Source: Alcaligenaceae bacterium (GTDB lineage: Bacteria > Pseudomonadota > Gammaproteobacteria > Burkholderiales > Burkholderiaceae_B). From it: a stretch of DNA of 64,000 nt. A program made the translations under genes and the position numbers. The notes beneath the pieces were generated by a model, which worked only from the letters and a program-made list of their open reading frames with translations, did not search any database and was not told where the DNA came from. The DNA lies in contig JAJUFI010000002.1 in assembly GCA_029263795.1 (NCBI GenBank), positions 454-64,453 of the forward strand, written 5' to 3'. Each line of letters starts with the position of its first letter. Position 1 is the first letter of the stretch. Below are positions 31,367 to 41,728 of this stretch, in pieces.

Positions 31367-32691
31367 ACCGTTTTTCCTACACTCTGCTGATCCGCGCGTT
31401 GTCTCCGGCCCTTCTTGGATGGATGGCCCTTCGAGCCCGCCGTGCCGGCGGCCAGTGGGGAGTCATGTCGGCCGAGCGTTTTGGCCGCTACAAGAAACCG
31501 CCTCAGGTGCAGCGGCCTGTCTGGGTGCACGCCGTCAGCCTGGGTGAGACCCGCGCGGCGCAACCGCTGTTGCGCGCCCTCCTGGAGCGCGGTGAAAAGG
31601 TTTTGCTGACACATTTGACGGTGACCGGCAGGGAGGAAGGTGCCCGTGCCTTCGAAAAGGAAATCCGCGAGGGGCAGCTGGAGCAACAGTGGCTGCCCTA
31701 CGATTTCCCTGGTGCCACGGCGCGTTTCCTGGAACATTATCAGCCCGTGGTCGGCATACTCATCGAACGCGAGGTGTGGCCCAATCTGCTGGCATCGGCG
31801 CGCGAGCGCGGTTTGCCCATGATGCTGGTGAGCGCCCGGTTTTCCGACCATGCCCTGCGCACGGTGCTGAGGGCGGGCAAGGTGCTGCAGGAAGCCTATG
31901 CCGGGCTGGATGCAGTCCATGCCCAGACGTTGCATGATGCCCATCGCCTGGAGCAGGCAGGTGCCGTTGCCGTGCGAGTATCCGGCAACTTCAAATTCGA
32001 TGTCAGGATTCAGGCCGACCAGCTTGCGCGGGGCCGGGAGTTTGCCCAGGCGCTGAACCGGCGCATCATCACCATTGCCAGCACCCGGGAAGGCGAGGAC
32101 GAAATGTTCGTCCAGGCTATCGAAAAGCACGTCAGACGTGCACGGGCACAAGGCCAGGAACAGGAACAGGCTGTTATGTTCCGGCTGGTGCCGCGGCACC
32201 CACAGCGCTTTGAAACGGCGGCGCAATTGTTGCGCGATGCCGGTCTGCCCTTCGTGCGCCGTTCAGAAATCCTTCAGGCGGGCGACTGCAGTGCCAGCGC
32301 AGTGCGCGCGGCGCAAAATGCTGTTGTGCTGCTCGGTGATACCGTGGGAGAAATGGTACGCAACTATGCTTCCAGCCAGGTTGCTATCATAGGCGGCAGC
32401 TTCGCGCCACTCGGCGGGCAAAACCTCATAGAAGCGTGTGCCATCGGTGTGCCGGTCATCGTCGGGCCGCACACACACAACTTTGAGCAGGCGGTTCAGG
32501 ACGCCATCCACGAAGGCGCTGCACTGCGCGCCCAGAATGCCGAAGCCGCCCTGCAACTTGCCCTGCAGCTGCTGGAAGACCCGCGCCGCCTTGCGCAAAT
32601 GAGCGAGGCGAGCAAAAACTGGGTGCGCCAACATGCGGGCGCTGTACAGCGCGTTATGGACGGTTATCTCGCCTTGCGCAGCAAACAATAG
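31363..32691 (+). CDS. waaA: 3-deoxy-D-manno-octulosonic acid (Kdo) transferase
   Basis: 442 aa, TTG start; motifs WVHAVSLGETRAA, GGSFAPLGGQNLIEA. Confidence 0.85.
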   Translation: MNRFSYTLLIRALSPALLGWMALRARRAGGQWGVMSAERFGRYKKPPQVQRPVWVHAVSLGETRAAQPLLRALLERGEKVLLTHLTVTGREEGARAFEKEIREGQLEQQWLPYDFPGATARFLEHYQPVVGILIEREVWPNLLASARERGLPMMLVSARFSDHALRTVLRAGKVLQEAYAGLDAVHAQTLHDAHRLEQAGAVAVRVSGNFKFDVRIQADQLARGREFAQALNRRIITIASTREGEDEMFVQAIEKHVRRARAQGQEQEQAVMFRLVPRHPQRFETAAQLLRDAGLPFVRRSEILQAGDCSASAVRAAQNAVVLLGDTVGEMVRNYASSQVAIIGGSFAPLGGQNLIEACAIGVPVIVGPHTHNFEQAVQDAIHEGAALRAQNAEAALQLALQLLEDPRRLAQMSEASKNWVRQHAGAVQRVMDGYLALRSKQ

Positions 32692-32815
32692 AGAATCGGC
32701 CCGCAGAGAGATGGGCCGGGTGCATGAGGGAAGTGGTTTGCTCAGAAACAGGCCGCGTGAACAAGCGCACCGCGATGGAATCAGGCCGGTCGCGGAACCT
32801 GCCGGTCAGACCTGA

Positions 32816-33652
32816 TCAGACCCCGAGGCCATGATACTTGCGGCCGAGTTCCAGGGTGGCGCGGAAGAAGCCTTCCTTGCTGCCGCAGTCAAAGCGTGTA
32901 CCTTCGTATTCCACGCCGAACACCGCGCGTGTCTGCATCAGGCTGGCAATGCCGTCCGTCAACTGGATTTCACCGCCCACACCCGCCTGCGTCTTGCGCA
33001 GGTGTTCAAAGATTTCGGGCTCAAGCACATAGCGACCAACCACTGCCAGGTTGGAAGGAGCGTCGGCCTCTGCGGGTTTTTCCACTATGCCCCGCACCCG
33101 GGTGGTTTTATCATTGACAGAATCGCCGGTAATGATGCCGTAGCGGTCGGAATGCTCCGGCAGAATACGCTGGATCGCCAGCACACTGCCATTGTGTTCG
33201 TGGGCAGCCTCGACCAGTTGCTGAGTCACGGATGTGCGCGAATCAATGAGGTCGTCGGCCAAAAGTACTGCGAATGGCTCGTTACCAACGATGGGCGCGG
33301 CACACAGCACAGCGTGGCCCAGGCCCAGGGGTGCTGGCTGCCTTGTGTAAATGCAGTTCACGTGCGCGGGCAGAACGTTGCGCACGATTTCCAGCAATTC
33401 CATTTTGTTCTTGGTAGCCAGTTCGGCTTCCAGTTCGGGGATGGAATCGAAATGATCCTCGATCGCCCGCTTGTTGCGGCCCGTGACAAAGATCAGATCC
33501 GTAATGCCGGCGGCAACTGCCTCCTCCACCGCATACTGGATCAGCGGTTTGTCGACGATGGGCAGCATTTCCTTGGGCATGGCCTTGGTGGCGGGAAGGA
33601 ACCGGGTGCCAAGCCCCGCGACAGGAAATACGGCTTTACGTATGGGTTTCAT
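32816..33652 (-). CDS. galU: UTP--glucose-1-phosphate uridylyltransferase
   Basis: Start ATG 33652; [40 protein letters not shown]. Confidence 0.9.
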   Translation of the reverse strand: MKPIRKAVFPVAGLGTRFLPATKAMPKEMLPIVDKPLIQYAVEEAVAAGITDLIFVTGRNKRAIEDHFDSIPELEAELATKNKMELLEIVRNVLPAHVNCIYTRQPAPLGLGHAVLCAAPIVGNEPFAVLLADDLIDSRTSVTQQLVEAAHEHNGSVLAIQRILPEHSDRYGIITGDSVNDKTTRVRGIVEKPAEADAPSNLAVVGRYVLEPEIFEHLRKTQAGVGGEIQLTDGIASLMQTRAVFGVEYEGTRFDCGSKEGFFRATLELGRKYHGLGV

Positions 33653-33840
33653 CGTTCGCTGTGATGGTCTAAGAAGTTCAAGGACGGCGTTCGCAAGCAG
33701 GCTCAGAAATAGCAAGCGTTGTGCCAAGCCGGGGTACTGTAACAAATCCGTGGGGCGCTGCCGAGTATCTTCAGGCAGCCTTGTTTCATGTTGCCGGCGG
33801 GTGATCTAAACTGCACGTTCCTGCCGTTTCCATTCTAACC

Positions 33841-34023
33841 ATGCGTTTTTTATTCTTCCTCGTACTGTTGGCAAACATCGCCGTGTTGGCTTACGGCCAG
33901 GGCTTCATGGGCCCACCACCCAGCGAAGAAGGGCGCACCCCGCGCCTGCTGTCTGAACGCAATCAGCACGTGGTTGAGTTCGGAGCACCTCAGCGCCTGG
34001 GGGCAGAGCAGCCCGCTTCCTAG
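33841..34023 (+). CDS. hypothetical small membrane/secreted protein, 60 aa
   Basis: N-terminal hydrophobic segment MRFLFFLVLLANIAVLAYG; about 68% G/C at codon position 3; no obvious RBS; stop overlaps coaX stop (CTAG). Confidence 0.35.
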   Translation: MRFLFFLVLLANIAVLAYGQGFMGPPPSEEGRTPRLLSERNQHVVEFGAPQRLGAEQPAS

Positions 34024-34895
34024 CGCACGAGGGGGGCCGCCATGGCTGCCAGGCCATCCAGTACCGGTGCGTCCAGCCATTCTGGTGGCTGGCGGGGCAG
34101 GCGCAGGTCATCTTGCAGGCGCTGCAGGCCGGCCTCCAGTTCTTCTGCCACCAGCGGCCATCCACCTCCACTGCAATAAAGGCGTGGTGGCTCCCCGAGG
34201 CGTGTCAGTGCCGTGCGCCACTGGCGCAGTACGGCGCCCGCCTGGGCTGCGGCAATGCCTGTACTGATGGCGCTGTGCGTGTCGCGCGGAAAATCAGTTC
34301 TTTGGCCCAGTGCATAGGGCAGACCGGCGGTTCCTTGCGCCAGCGATTGGCGCATGAGTTCCGGACCGGGCAGAATCAGCCCGCCTTCAAAGAATCGCTG
34401 GGAGAAAATTTCCTTATCCTTGTCGGGCGCAGCTGACCGGCTGCCGGCGGGCCAGGGGTGTTCCACTACTGCGGCTGGCCCCAGCGTGTCTATGGTGGTG
34501 GCCGTGCCGAAACTTGCCAGCACGGCGGCATGGCGTGTGTGGCGGCTCAGGCCCAGCAGCGCCACCCACCGGTCATTGCCCAGTTTTTCCGGCTGCTCGT
34601 AAAGGTTCTCCACGCCTGCAGCACTTGCGGAACTGCTCTGCCAGTGCAGGGCGAGGCCGCAGTGCTGCAGCAGAAGCCGTTCGACGTGGGAGCGTACCTC
34701 AGCGCGGGTCACACTGACCCCTATGGCCCCCATCGGAGTGCCGGGCAGCGACGACAACCAGGGCACCAAGTCTTCCAGGGCATCGTGAGCCAGGGCCAGA
34801 ATGTCGGGCTCGCGGCGGGTGCCGGAAGTGTGCATCCAGCCGAACTTCACCCGGGTGTTGCCGGCATCCACCAGCAGCGTGATGCCGGCGCTCAT
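34020..34895 (-). CDS. coaX: type III pantothenate kinase
   Basis: 291 aa; LLVDAGNTRVKFGW N-terminal ASKHA motif; overlaps birA stop (typical birA-coaX pair). Confidence 0.8.
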   Translation of the reverse strand: MSAGITLLVDAGNTRVKFGWMHTSGTRREPDILALAHDALEDLVPWLSSLPGTPMGAIGVSVTRAEVRSHVERLLLQHCGLALHWQSSSASAAGVENLYEQPEKLGNDRWVALLGLSRHTRHAAVLASFGTATTIDTLGPAAVVEHPWPAGSRSAAPDKDKEIFSQRFFEGGLILPGPELMRQSLAQGTAGLPYALGQRTDFPRDTHSAISTGIAAAQAGAVLRQWRTALTRLGEPPRLYCSGGGWPLVAEELEAGLQRLQDDLRLPRQPPEWLDAPVLDGLAAMAAPLVR

Positions 34896-35764
34896 GCAGG
34901 CCTCACCGAGACTTCCCCAACCGTGATCGGGTGTTCGCCTGCCGCATCACGCAGAAGCAGCTGGCCGGAATCATTCACACCGGCGGCGTTACCGGTAAAG
35001 ACCACCTTGTCGTTGTCGATGATGTCCACTTTCTGGCCGACCAGACCGTCAACCTGTGCATAGCGCCCGGCCAGCCCGGAAAAGCCTTGTGTGGTGAGGG
35101 CTGTAAAGTTTTCGTACCAGGCGCGGGCAATGCGTTCCACCATCTGTTGAGGCCGGGCGCGCGCACCGGCGCTGTCGCAGCGGGCGACTTCCGACCAGTC
35201 GGCAATGCGGCGATTGAGTGAGGTGCTCAGGGCGCGAGCATCGTCCAGATTGATTCCTATGCCCACTACGATGACGTGATGGTCGGGTGCCAGGCGCGCA
35301 GTGCCCGCCCGGGTGGCTTCCACCAGAATGCCCGCCAGTTTGGCAAAGCGCCATTCGATGTCGTTGGGCCACTTCATGGTGAGCAGCGGGCGGCTGGATG
35401 CGGTCAGCATGCCGCGCAGCGCTTCGGTCGCCACCACGCCGGCGAAGGGGGCCAGGGTGGGCAGGGCAAGCGGCGGCAGGAAGACGTCAAAGGCGCACGA
35501 GAACATGAGGTTCGCGCCTGAGCGATTCTGCCAGCTGCGACCGGAGCGACCACGCCCTCTTTCTTGGAGATGTGCGCCCAGCAGCCACGGCCGTGCGAGC
35601 ACCCCTTTATCGGCCCGCGCGCGCTGCATCAGGTCTGCGTTGGTGGATGTGGTGCGGCCCACCCATTCGACACTGTGAAACTCTGGCAAGGCCTGCCGCA
35701 ACATGGATTGCATGCGTTCCGGCATGGGAAGGGGAAGCTGTGGAAGAGGCGGCATGGAGGACAT
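34892..35764 (-). CDS. birA: biotin--[acetyl-CoA-carboxylase] ligase (no N-terminal HTH; group I)
   Basis: 290 aa; GRGRSGRSWQ (GRGRxGR) and KWPNDI motifs. Confidence 0.85.
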   Translation of the reverse strand: MSSMPPLPQLPLPMPERMQSMLRQALPEFHSVEWVGRTTSTNADLMQRARADKGVLARPWLLGAHLQERGRGRSGRSWQNRSGANLMFSCAFDVFLPPLALPTLAPFAGVVATEALRGMLTASSRPLLTMKWPNDIEWRFAKLAGILVEATRAGTARLAPDHHVIVVGIGINLDDARALSTSLNRRIADWSEVARCDSAGARARPQQMVERIARAWYENFTALTTQGFSGLAGRYAQVDGLVGQKVDIIDNDKVVFTGNAAGVNDSGQLLLRDAAGEHPITVGEVSVRPA

Positions 35765-35825
35765 GCAGTAATGAAATGTGTGTAGCGTAAAATGAATCGC
35801 TTTACCTTATAACTCATTTGGAATC

Positions 35826-36485
35826 ATGCAGGTCCGCACTGAAATCCTGAGCTTTGACGGCGAGGCAGGCAACATCGAATGTGCCATCGACAGGCCCATG
35901 GGTGAAGTCCGGGGCTGGGCACTGGTGCTGCATCCGCACCCGCTGCACGGCGGCACCCGCGACAATAAAGTGGTCACCACCATCGGTCGTGCCTGTGTCG
36001 AGCATGGCCTGGTCACGTTGCGTCCAAATTTTCGCGGCGTGGGGGCTTCCGACGGCGAATTTGACCAGGCCCGAGGTGAAACCGCCGATATGTTTGCCCT
36101 GGTGGAACAGTTCCGGCAGCGTTTCCCGGAAGCAGCGGGCGGGCAGTGGGCCCTGGCTGGTTTTTCCTTCGGCACGTCAGTGGCAGCCCAGTTGTATTCG
36201 GAGCTTGCCGCCCAGTCACGCCCAACACCGGATCGGCTGATTCTGGCCGGTTCTGCAGTGGAGCGCTTCCGTCATCGCGATGTGTCGGTGCCCGATGACA
36301 CCCTGCTGATCCACGGCGAGGCTGATGAAGTGGTGCCGCTGGCCGAAGCCATGGAATTTGCCCGTACCCACGGCCTGCCCATGGTGGTCATGCCGGATGC
36401 CAGCCATTTTTTCCATGGTCGGCTGATCACTCTGCGCGGTCTGGTGCAGCAGAGCCTGAAAGCGATGGCGTCGTGTGCTGGCTGA
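35826..36485 (+). CDS. alpha/beta-fold hydrolase (COG2945-like)
   Basis: 219 aa; HPHPLHGGT and nucleophile elbow GFSFG. Confidence 0.65.
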   Translation: MQVRTEILSFDGEAGNIECAIDRPMGEVRGWALVLHPHPLHGGTRDNKVVTTIGRACVEHGLVTLRPNFRGVGASDGEFDQARGETADMFALVEQFRQRFPEAAGGQWALAGFSFGTSVAAQLYSELAAQSRPTPDRLILAGSAVERFRHRDVSVPDDTLLIHGEADEVVPLAEAMEFARTHGLPMVVMPDASHFFHGRLITLRGLVQQSLKAMASCAG

Positions 36486-36590
36486 ACCGGGCGCCGCATG
36501 TCTTGAGGAACTTCCTCAGCAGCGGCCCGGTCTGTCATAATGGGCCGCTTCCTCATTCGTCGTTCCCAAGGCGAGTCCGAATTAATCTCT

Positions 36591-37835
36591 ATGCCGATGA
36601 CCTCCCGCACTCGAAAACTGACTTCCTCCATTTCCATTCTCGGCGCCGCACTGGCGCTGGCTTCCGCATCCTTTCTTTCCCAGGCGCAGGACGCGCCCGC
36701 TGCCGCGCAGACGCCGGCAAGCACGGTGGTGACTGACGTCAATGGGATCGCCATGGTGGGCGACCTGTCCAATGTGCCGGCACCTGTTCTGGGCGCCCGT
36801 GCCTGGATCAGTCTGGACATGAATAGCGGTCAGGTGATTGCCGCGCAAAACATTGATGAACGCATCGAGCCCGCTTCGCTGACCAAGGTCATGGCGGCCT
36901 ACCTGGTGTTCGAAGCCCTCGAGAACAAGCGCCTGACACTCGAACAGACGGTGCACGTCTCAGAAAACGCCTGGCGTACCGAAGGCTCGCGCATGTTCAT
37001 CAAGCCCAATTCACAGGTCTCCGTACATGACCTGCTGCAGGGCATGATCGTTCAATCAGGCAATGACGCCACGGTGGCCCTGGCAGAAGCCATCGCCGGC
37101 AGCGAGTCGGCTTTCGTGGCGCTCATGAATGAAGAAGCCCAGCGCCAGGGCCTGACCAACACCAAGTTCACCAATTCGCCGGGCCTGCCGCATGAAGAGC
37201 ATCTGACCACGGTGCGCGACATGGCCACCCTGGCAGCCAACTTCATCAATCGTTTTCCGCAATATCTGCATTACTACACGCAGAAGGAATACACCTACAA
37301 CAACATCAAGCAGAACAACCGCAACCGTCTGCTCTGGGCAGACCCCACGGTCGATGGCCTGAAGACGGGCCACACCAAATCAGCCGGTTACTGCCTGATT
37401 GCCACCGCCAAGCGCGATGGTCGGCGCATCCTGACAGTTCTGGTCGGCGCAGCCAGCGACTCTGCCCGGGCGGAGAACAGCTTGAAGCTGCTGAACTGGA
37501 GCTTCCAGAACTTCGACACCGTCAAGCTTTACGACAATGAACGGGCCATGGTTACCGCGCGCGTCTGGGAAGGCGAGGCGGAAACTGTCGGCCTCGGTTC
37601 GAACTCCCCCGTATGGGTGACCGTGCCGCGCGGCAAGGCCGACCAGGTACGCCCGGTGGCCAAGTATCAGCAGCCGCTGATTGCGCCGCTCAGCAAGGGC
37701 GCACGGGTGGGTGAAGTTTCTCTTTCCCTGGATGGCCATGTACTGCGCACGGAAGCGCTGCATGTGCTGAATGACGTGCCTCAGGCAGGTTTGATCGGCC
37801 GCCTGTACGACAAGGTGCGCCTGCTGTTCGAGTGA
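36591..37835 (+). CDS. dacC: D-alanyl-D-alanine carboxypeptidase (PBP5/6 family, S11)
   Basis: Start ATG 36591 gives signal peptide; SxxK (PASLTKVM), SxN (QSGNDA), KTG (LKTGHT). Confidence 0.85.
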   Translation: MPMTSRTRKLTSSISILGAALALASASFLSQAQDAPAAAQTPASTVVTDVNGIAMVGDLSNVPAPVLGARAWISLDMNSGQVIAAQNIDERIEPASLTKVMAAYLVFEALENKRLTLEQTVHVSENAWRTEGSRMFIKPNSQVSVHDLLQGMIVQSGNDATVALAEAIAGSESAFVALMNEEAQRQGLTNTKFTNSPGLPHEEHLTTVRDMATLAANFINRFPQYLHYYTQKEYTYNNIKQNNRNRLLWADPTVDGLKTGHTKSAGYCLIATAKRDGRRILTVLVGAASDSARAENSLKLLNWSFQNFDTVKLYDNERAMVTARVWEGEAETVGLGSNSPVWVTVPRGKADQVRPVAKYQQPLIAPLSKGARVGEVSLSLDGHVLRTEALHVLNDVPQAGLIGRLYDKVRLLFE

Positions 37836-37845
37836 CAATCACACC

Positions 37846-38709
37846 ATGATTCCCAACGTAGACAATGACAGCCTGGTTTATTTGAACGGCGAGCTCGTGC
37901 GCCTTGGCGATGCCAAGGTTTCCGTGCTGGATCGCGGTTTCATCTTTGGTGACGGCGTTTATGACGTCGTGCCCGCCTATGGCGGCAAGCCGTTCCGCAT
38001 GAGCGAGCACCTGGCGCGACTCGAACGCAGCATGGCCGCCATCAGCATCCAGTGCGACCTGCAGCGCAGCGACTGGGAGCACATTGTGCTCGACCTGATC
38101 GAGCGTTCCGGTTTGGGCGATTGCGTGGTGTATATCCAGGTCACCCGCGGGGTGGCCAAACGAGACCACGGTTTCCCGCAAGGCGTCAAACCCACCATCT
38201 TCTGCATGGTGTCACCATTCAAGCGCCCCGATGCCGCCATGCGTGAGCAGGGTCTGAGTGCCATCGGGAAGACCGACGAGCGCTGGCTGCATTGCGACAT
38301 TAAATCCATCTCCCTGCTGGGCAATGTGCTTGCACGTCAGGCGGCGCTTGAAGCGGGGGTGGATGACGTCATCCAGTTCCGCAACGGTTGCCTGACCGAG
38401 GGCTCGGCGGCCAATGTCTGGGTGGTCAAGAACGGTGTGCTGCTGGCTCCGCCCCGCAGCAAGCTCATCCTGGAGGGCATACGCTACGGCCTCATGGAAG
38501 AGCTGGCGGAGCGTTGCGGCGTTCCCTTCGAGGCCCGCCCCATCACGGAAGCCGAAGTACTTGCCGCCGACGAACTGCTGCTTACTTCCGCCACCAAGGA
38601 AGTCCTGCCGATCACCCGCTACAACGGGCAACCCGTTGGCGACGGTCGTCCGGGCCCGGTATATGCCCGCCTGCGGGCGGCCTATGACACGGCAATCGCC
38701 GCCTTGTGA
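37846..38709 (+). CDS. class IV aminotransferase, D-amino-acid aminotransferase-like
   Basis: 287 aa; FGDGVYDVVPAY, YIQVTRG, CDIKSISLLGNVLA. Confidence 0.75.
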   Translation: MIPNVDNDSLVYLNGELVRLGDAKVSVLDRGFIFGDGVYDVVPAYGGKPFRMSEHLARLERSMAAISIQCDLQRSDWEHIVLDLIERSGLGDCVVYIQVTRGVAKRDHGFPQGVKPTIFCMVSPFKRPDAAMREQGLSAIGKTDERWLHCDIKSISLLGNVLARQAALEAGVDDVIQFRNGCLTEGSAANVWVVKNGVLLAPPRSKLILEGIRYGLMEELAERCGVPFEARPITEAEVLAADELLLTSATKEVLPITRYNGQPVGDGRPGPVYARLRAAYDTAIAAL

Positions 38710-38710
38710 A

Positions 38711-38986
38711 ATGAAAGAAATTCCTCCTGAAGAATCTCTGATCGAGTACCCCTGCGACTTTCCCATCAAGGTGATGGGAAAGTCGCATCCGGAATTCGCC
38801 CAGACCCTGACCATGGTCGTGCAGCAGCATGATCCTGGCTTCGACCCGGCTACAGTGGAAATGCGTGCCAGCAAGGCGGGCAACTATCTGAGCGTCACCT
38901 TCACGGTGCGCGCTACCTCGCGCGAACAGCTTGATGCCATCTATCGGGCTCTGCACGGGCACCCCCTTGTAAGCGTGGTGTTATAG
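38711..38986 (+). CDS. ybeD: YbeD-family protein (DUF493)
   Basis: 91 aa read from the tail of ORF 38414-38986; [14 protein letters not shown] motif; conserved position upstream of lipB. Confidence 0.8.
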   Translation: MKEIPPEESLIEYPCDFPIKVMGKSHPEFAQTLTMVVQQHDPGFDPATVEMRASKAGNYLSVTFTVRATSREQLDAIYRALHGHPLVSVVL

Positions 38987-38994
38987 GGCCGGCC

Positions 38995-39645
38995 ATGGAG
39001 TATCGCTGGCTGCCGTCTCCGGCACCTTACCTCCCGACTTGGGAGGCCATGCGCGAATTCACAGAAGCGCGTACCGAGACCACGCCGGATGAAATCTGGC
39101 TGGTGGAACATGAACCTGTCTACACCTTGGGCCAGGCTGGCAAGCCGGAACACCTGCTCAACCCGGGCGGGATTCCGGTCGTCAAATGCGACCGTGGGGG
39201 GCAGGTCACCTACCACGGGCCGGGTCAGGTCGTGGCGTACTGCCTGCTTGATCTCAAGCGCCGCGGCCTGTTCGTCAAGGAATACGTGGCGCGGCTTGAG
39301 GACGTCATCATTGCCACGCTGGCTGGCCTGGGCCTGGCTGGAGCTCAGCGCATGGATGGTGCGCCGGGCGTGTACGTGCCCTACGACCCCCAGCGCGGGG
39401 TTTTTGACCCGGCCGGTTCGCAGCTGGCCAAGATCGCCGCACTGGGTATCAAGCTGCGCAATGGGCGCGCCTATCACGGCCTGTCGCTGAACGTGGACAT
39501 GGACCTGGCGCCTTTCCTGGGCATTAACCCTTGCGGTTACGAAGGCCTGCCGACGGTTGATCTGCGCAGTTGCGGGATATCATGCAGTCTGGCGGAAGCG
39601 GGCGAGCTGCTGGCTCGCCGGCTGCAGACGGCATTTGAAAACTGA
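38995..39645 (+). CDS. lipB: octanoyltransferase
   Basis: 216 aa; [26 protein letters not shown]. Confidence 0.9.
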   Translation: MEYRWLPSPAPYLPTWEAMREFTEARTETTPDEIWLVEHEPVYTLGQAGKPEHLLNPGGIPVVKCDRGGQVTYHGPGQVVAYCLLDLKRRGLFVKEYVARLEDVIIATLAGLGLAGAQRMDGAPGVYVPYDPQRGVFDPAGSQLAKIAALGIKLRNGRAYHGLSLNVDMDLAPFLGINPCGYEGLPTVDLRSCGISCSLAEAGELLARRLQTAFEN

Positions 39646-39744
39646 AAGCGGTGGTGTAGCTGGGCACCGCCGTATTGGGCGGGGGCCGGCAAAGGGCCCC
39701 CGGCAGCGCCACACCACGCTGCCATAAGAAGAGAAGGAGACAAT

Positions 39745-40530
39745 ATGGAATCCCAGGAGCAGTTCGTCGTCACTGAGCGCAATCAGGGTGTGCTCACCAT
39801 CACACTGAATCGCCCCGACCAGTTCAACAGCCTGTCGGAAGAGGTCCTGGTGGTCCTGCAGCAGGCCCTGGATGAAGCTGCGCGCGATGACACCCTGCAG
39901 TGTCTGGTGCTGGCCGCCAGGGGTAGGGCGTTTTGCGCCGGCCACGATCTCAAGCAGATGCAGGCCAATCGCGATCAGGACTACTACCGCCGGCTGTTCC
40001 GCCAATGCGGCCAGCTGATGCAGAGCATTGTTGCCTTTCCCGTACCGGTCATCGCCAAGGTGCAGGGCGTGGCCACCGCCGCAGGTTGCCAGCTCGTGGC
40101 GAGCTGTGATCTGGCCGTGGCAGCCGAATCCGCGCGCTTTGCGGTCTCGGGCATCAACGTGGGCCTGTTCTGTTCAACACCGGCCGTTGCCCTGTCCCGC
40201 AATGTCGGGGCAAAGAAGTCTTTCGAGATGCTCATCACGGGCGAGTTCATCAGTGCCCAGGAGGCCGTGGCCGAAGGGCTGATCAACCGTGCGGTGCCGG
40301 CGGAAGAGCTGGATGCGGCCGTGGAGGCCCTGGTCAACAGCATCTGCTCCAAAAGCCCTGTGGCGGTGCGGACCGGCAAGGCCATGTTCCAGAAACAGCG
40401 CAGCATGTCGCTCGCTGATGCTTACGACTTCGCAGCGGAAACCATGGCCTGCAACATGATGGCGGAAGATGTATTTGAAGGAATAGATGCCTTCATGAAC
40501 AAACGCAAGCCGGCCTGGCAGGGGCGCTGA
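39745..40530 (+). CDS. enoyl-CoA hydratase/isomerase-family protein (crotonase fold)
   Basis: 261 aa; oxyanion-hole region RAFCAGHDLK, AAGCQLVASCDL. Confidence 0.8.
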   Translation: MESQEQFVVTERNQGVLTITLNRPDQFNSLSEEVLVVLQQALDEAARDDTLQCLVLAARGRAFCAGHDLKQMQANRDQDYYRRLFRQCGQLMQSIVAFPVPVIAKVQGVATAAGCQLVASCDLAVAAESARFAVSGINVGLFCSTPAVALSRNVGAKKSFEMLITGEFISAQEAVAEGLINRAVPAEELDAAVEALVNSICSKSPVAVRTGKAMFQKQRSMSLADAYDFAAETMACNMMAEDVFEGIDAFMNKRKPAWQGR

Positions 40531-40620
40531 CCGCCGAAAACCATTGAAAATTTGGGGAATTCCGGACGTTTTCTCCTGGCGCGTTAAAATGGCCCTTACC
40601 ATCACCCAGCCAGGTAGCGT

Positions 40621-41628
40621 ATGTCCACAAGTAATGAGCAGGCCGCACCGCGGAAACCGACCGTGCGTCCTGCCTCCTATGACCCCAGTGCCAAGCAGAA
40701 GTCTGCTGACAAGACTTCGCGGCTGCCCATCAAGATCGTCCAGACTGAACGGCTGAAGAAGCCGGAATGGATACGTGTGAAGGCGGCCGCGCCCGGCTCG
40801 CGCTTCCACGACATCAAGCGCATTCTGCGGGAAAACAACATGTTCACCGTCTGCGAGGAAGCCTCGTGTCCGAATATCGGTGAATGTTTCGGAAAGGGTA
40901 CGGCCACTTTCATGATCATGGGTGACAAATGCACCCGCCGCTGCCCCTTCTGCGATGTCGGCCATGGCAGGCCCGACCCCCTGGATGTCAACGAACCCGT
41001 GAACCTGGCGCGCAGCATCGGGGCCATGGGTCTGTCGTATGTGGTGATCACCTCGGTGGACCGCGATGATCTTCGCGACGGCGGTGCGGCACATTTCGCC
41101 GAGTGCATCCGTGAGGTGCGCAAGCATTCTCCCAAGACGCGCATCGAAGTGCTGGTGCCAGACTTTCGCGGCCGACTGGAACGTGCACTGGAAATCTTCA
41201 AGGCTGAGCCGCCCGATGTCATGAACCACAATCTGGAAACGGTGCCCAGGCTCTACAAGCAGGCACGCCCGGGCGCAGACTACCTGCACTCGCTCAAGCT
41301 GCTCAAAGAGTTCAAGGCCCTGTGTCCGGATGTTCCCACCAAGTCAGGCCTTATGGTCGGTTTGGGCGAGACCGATGACGAAATCCTGCAGGTCATGCGC
41401 GACATGCGTGAGCACGACATCGAAATGCTGACCATCGGTCAGTACCTGCAGCCTTCGTCGCACCACCTACCCGTGACGCGCTACGTGCACCCTGACACCT
41501 TCAAGATGTTCGAGGAAGAGGCCTATGCCATGGGCTTCACGCATGCAGCCGTAGGCGCCATGGTCCGCTCCTCCTATCACGCCGACGAACAGGCACACGC
41601 AGCAGGCTTCAACCCGGCCACCGCCTGA
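40621..41628 (+). CDS. lipA: lipoyl synthase
   Basis: 335 aa; [12 protein letters not shown] auxiliary cluster and radical-SAM [10 protein letters not shown]. Confidence 0.92.
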   Translation: MSTSNEQAAPRKPTVRPASYDPSAKQKSADKTSRLPIKIVQTERLKKPEWIRVKAAAPGSRFHDIKRILRENNMFTVCEEASCPNIGECFGKGTATFMIMGDKCTRRCPFCDVGHGRPDPLDVNEPVNLARSIGAMGLSYVVITSVDRDDLRDGGAAHFAECIREVRKHSPKTRIEVLVPDFRGRLERALEIFKAEPPDVMNHNLETVPRLYKQARPGADYLHSLKLLKEFKALCPDVPTKSGLMVGLGETDDEILQVMRDMREHDIEMLTIGQYLQPSSHHLPVTRYVHPDTFKMFEEEAYAMGFTHAAVGAMVRSSYHADEQAHAAGFNPATA

Positions 41629-41728
41629 AGCACTCCGGTACGCCCCTCATTGCACAAAAGGCCGAAGCCGTGTAAACAGCAGTAACACGGCACGGCCGCA
41701 ACGTGTGCTGTCAACCACAGGAGGGAGC

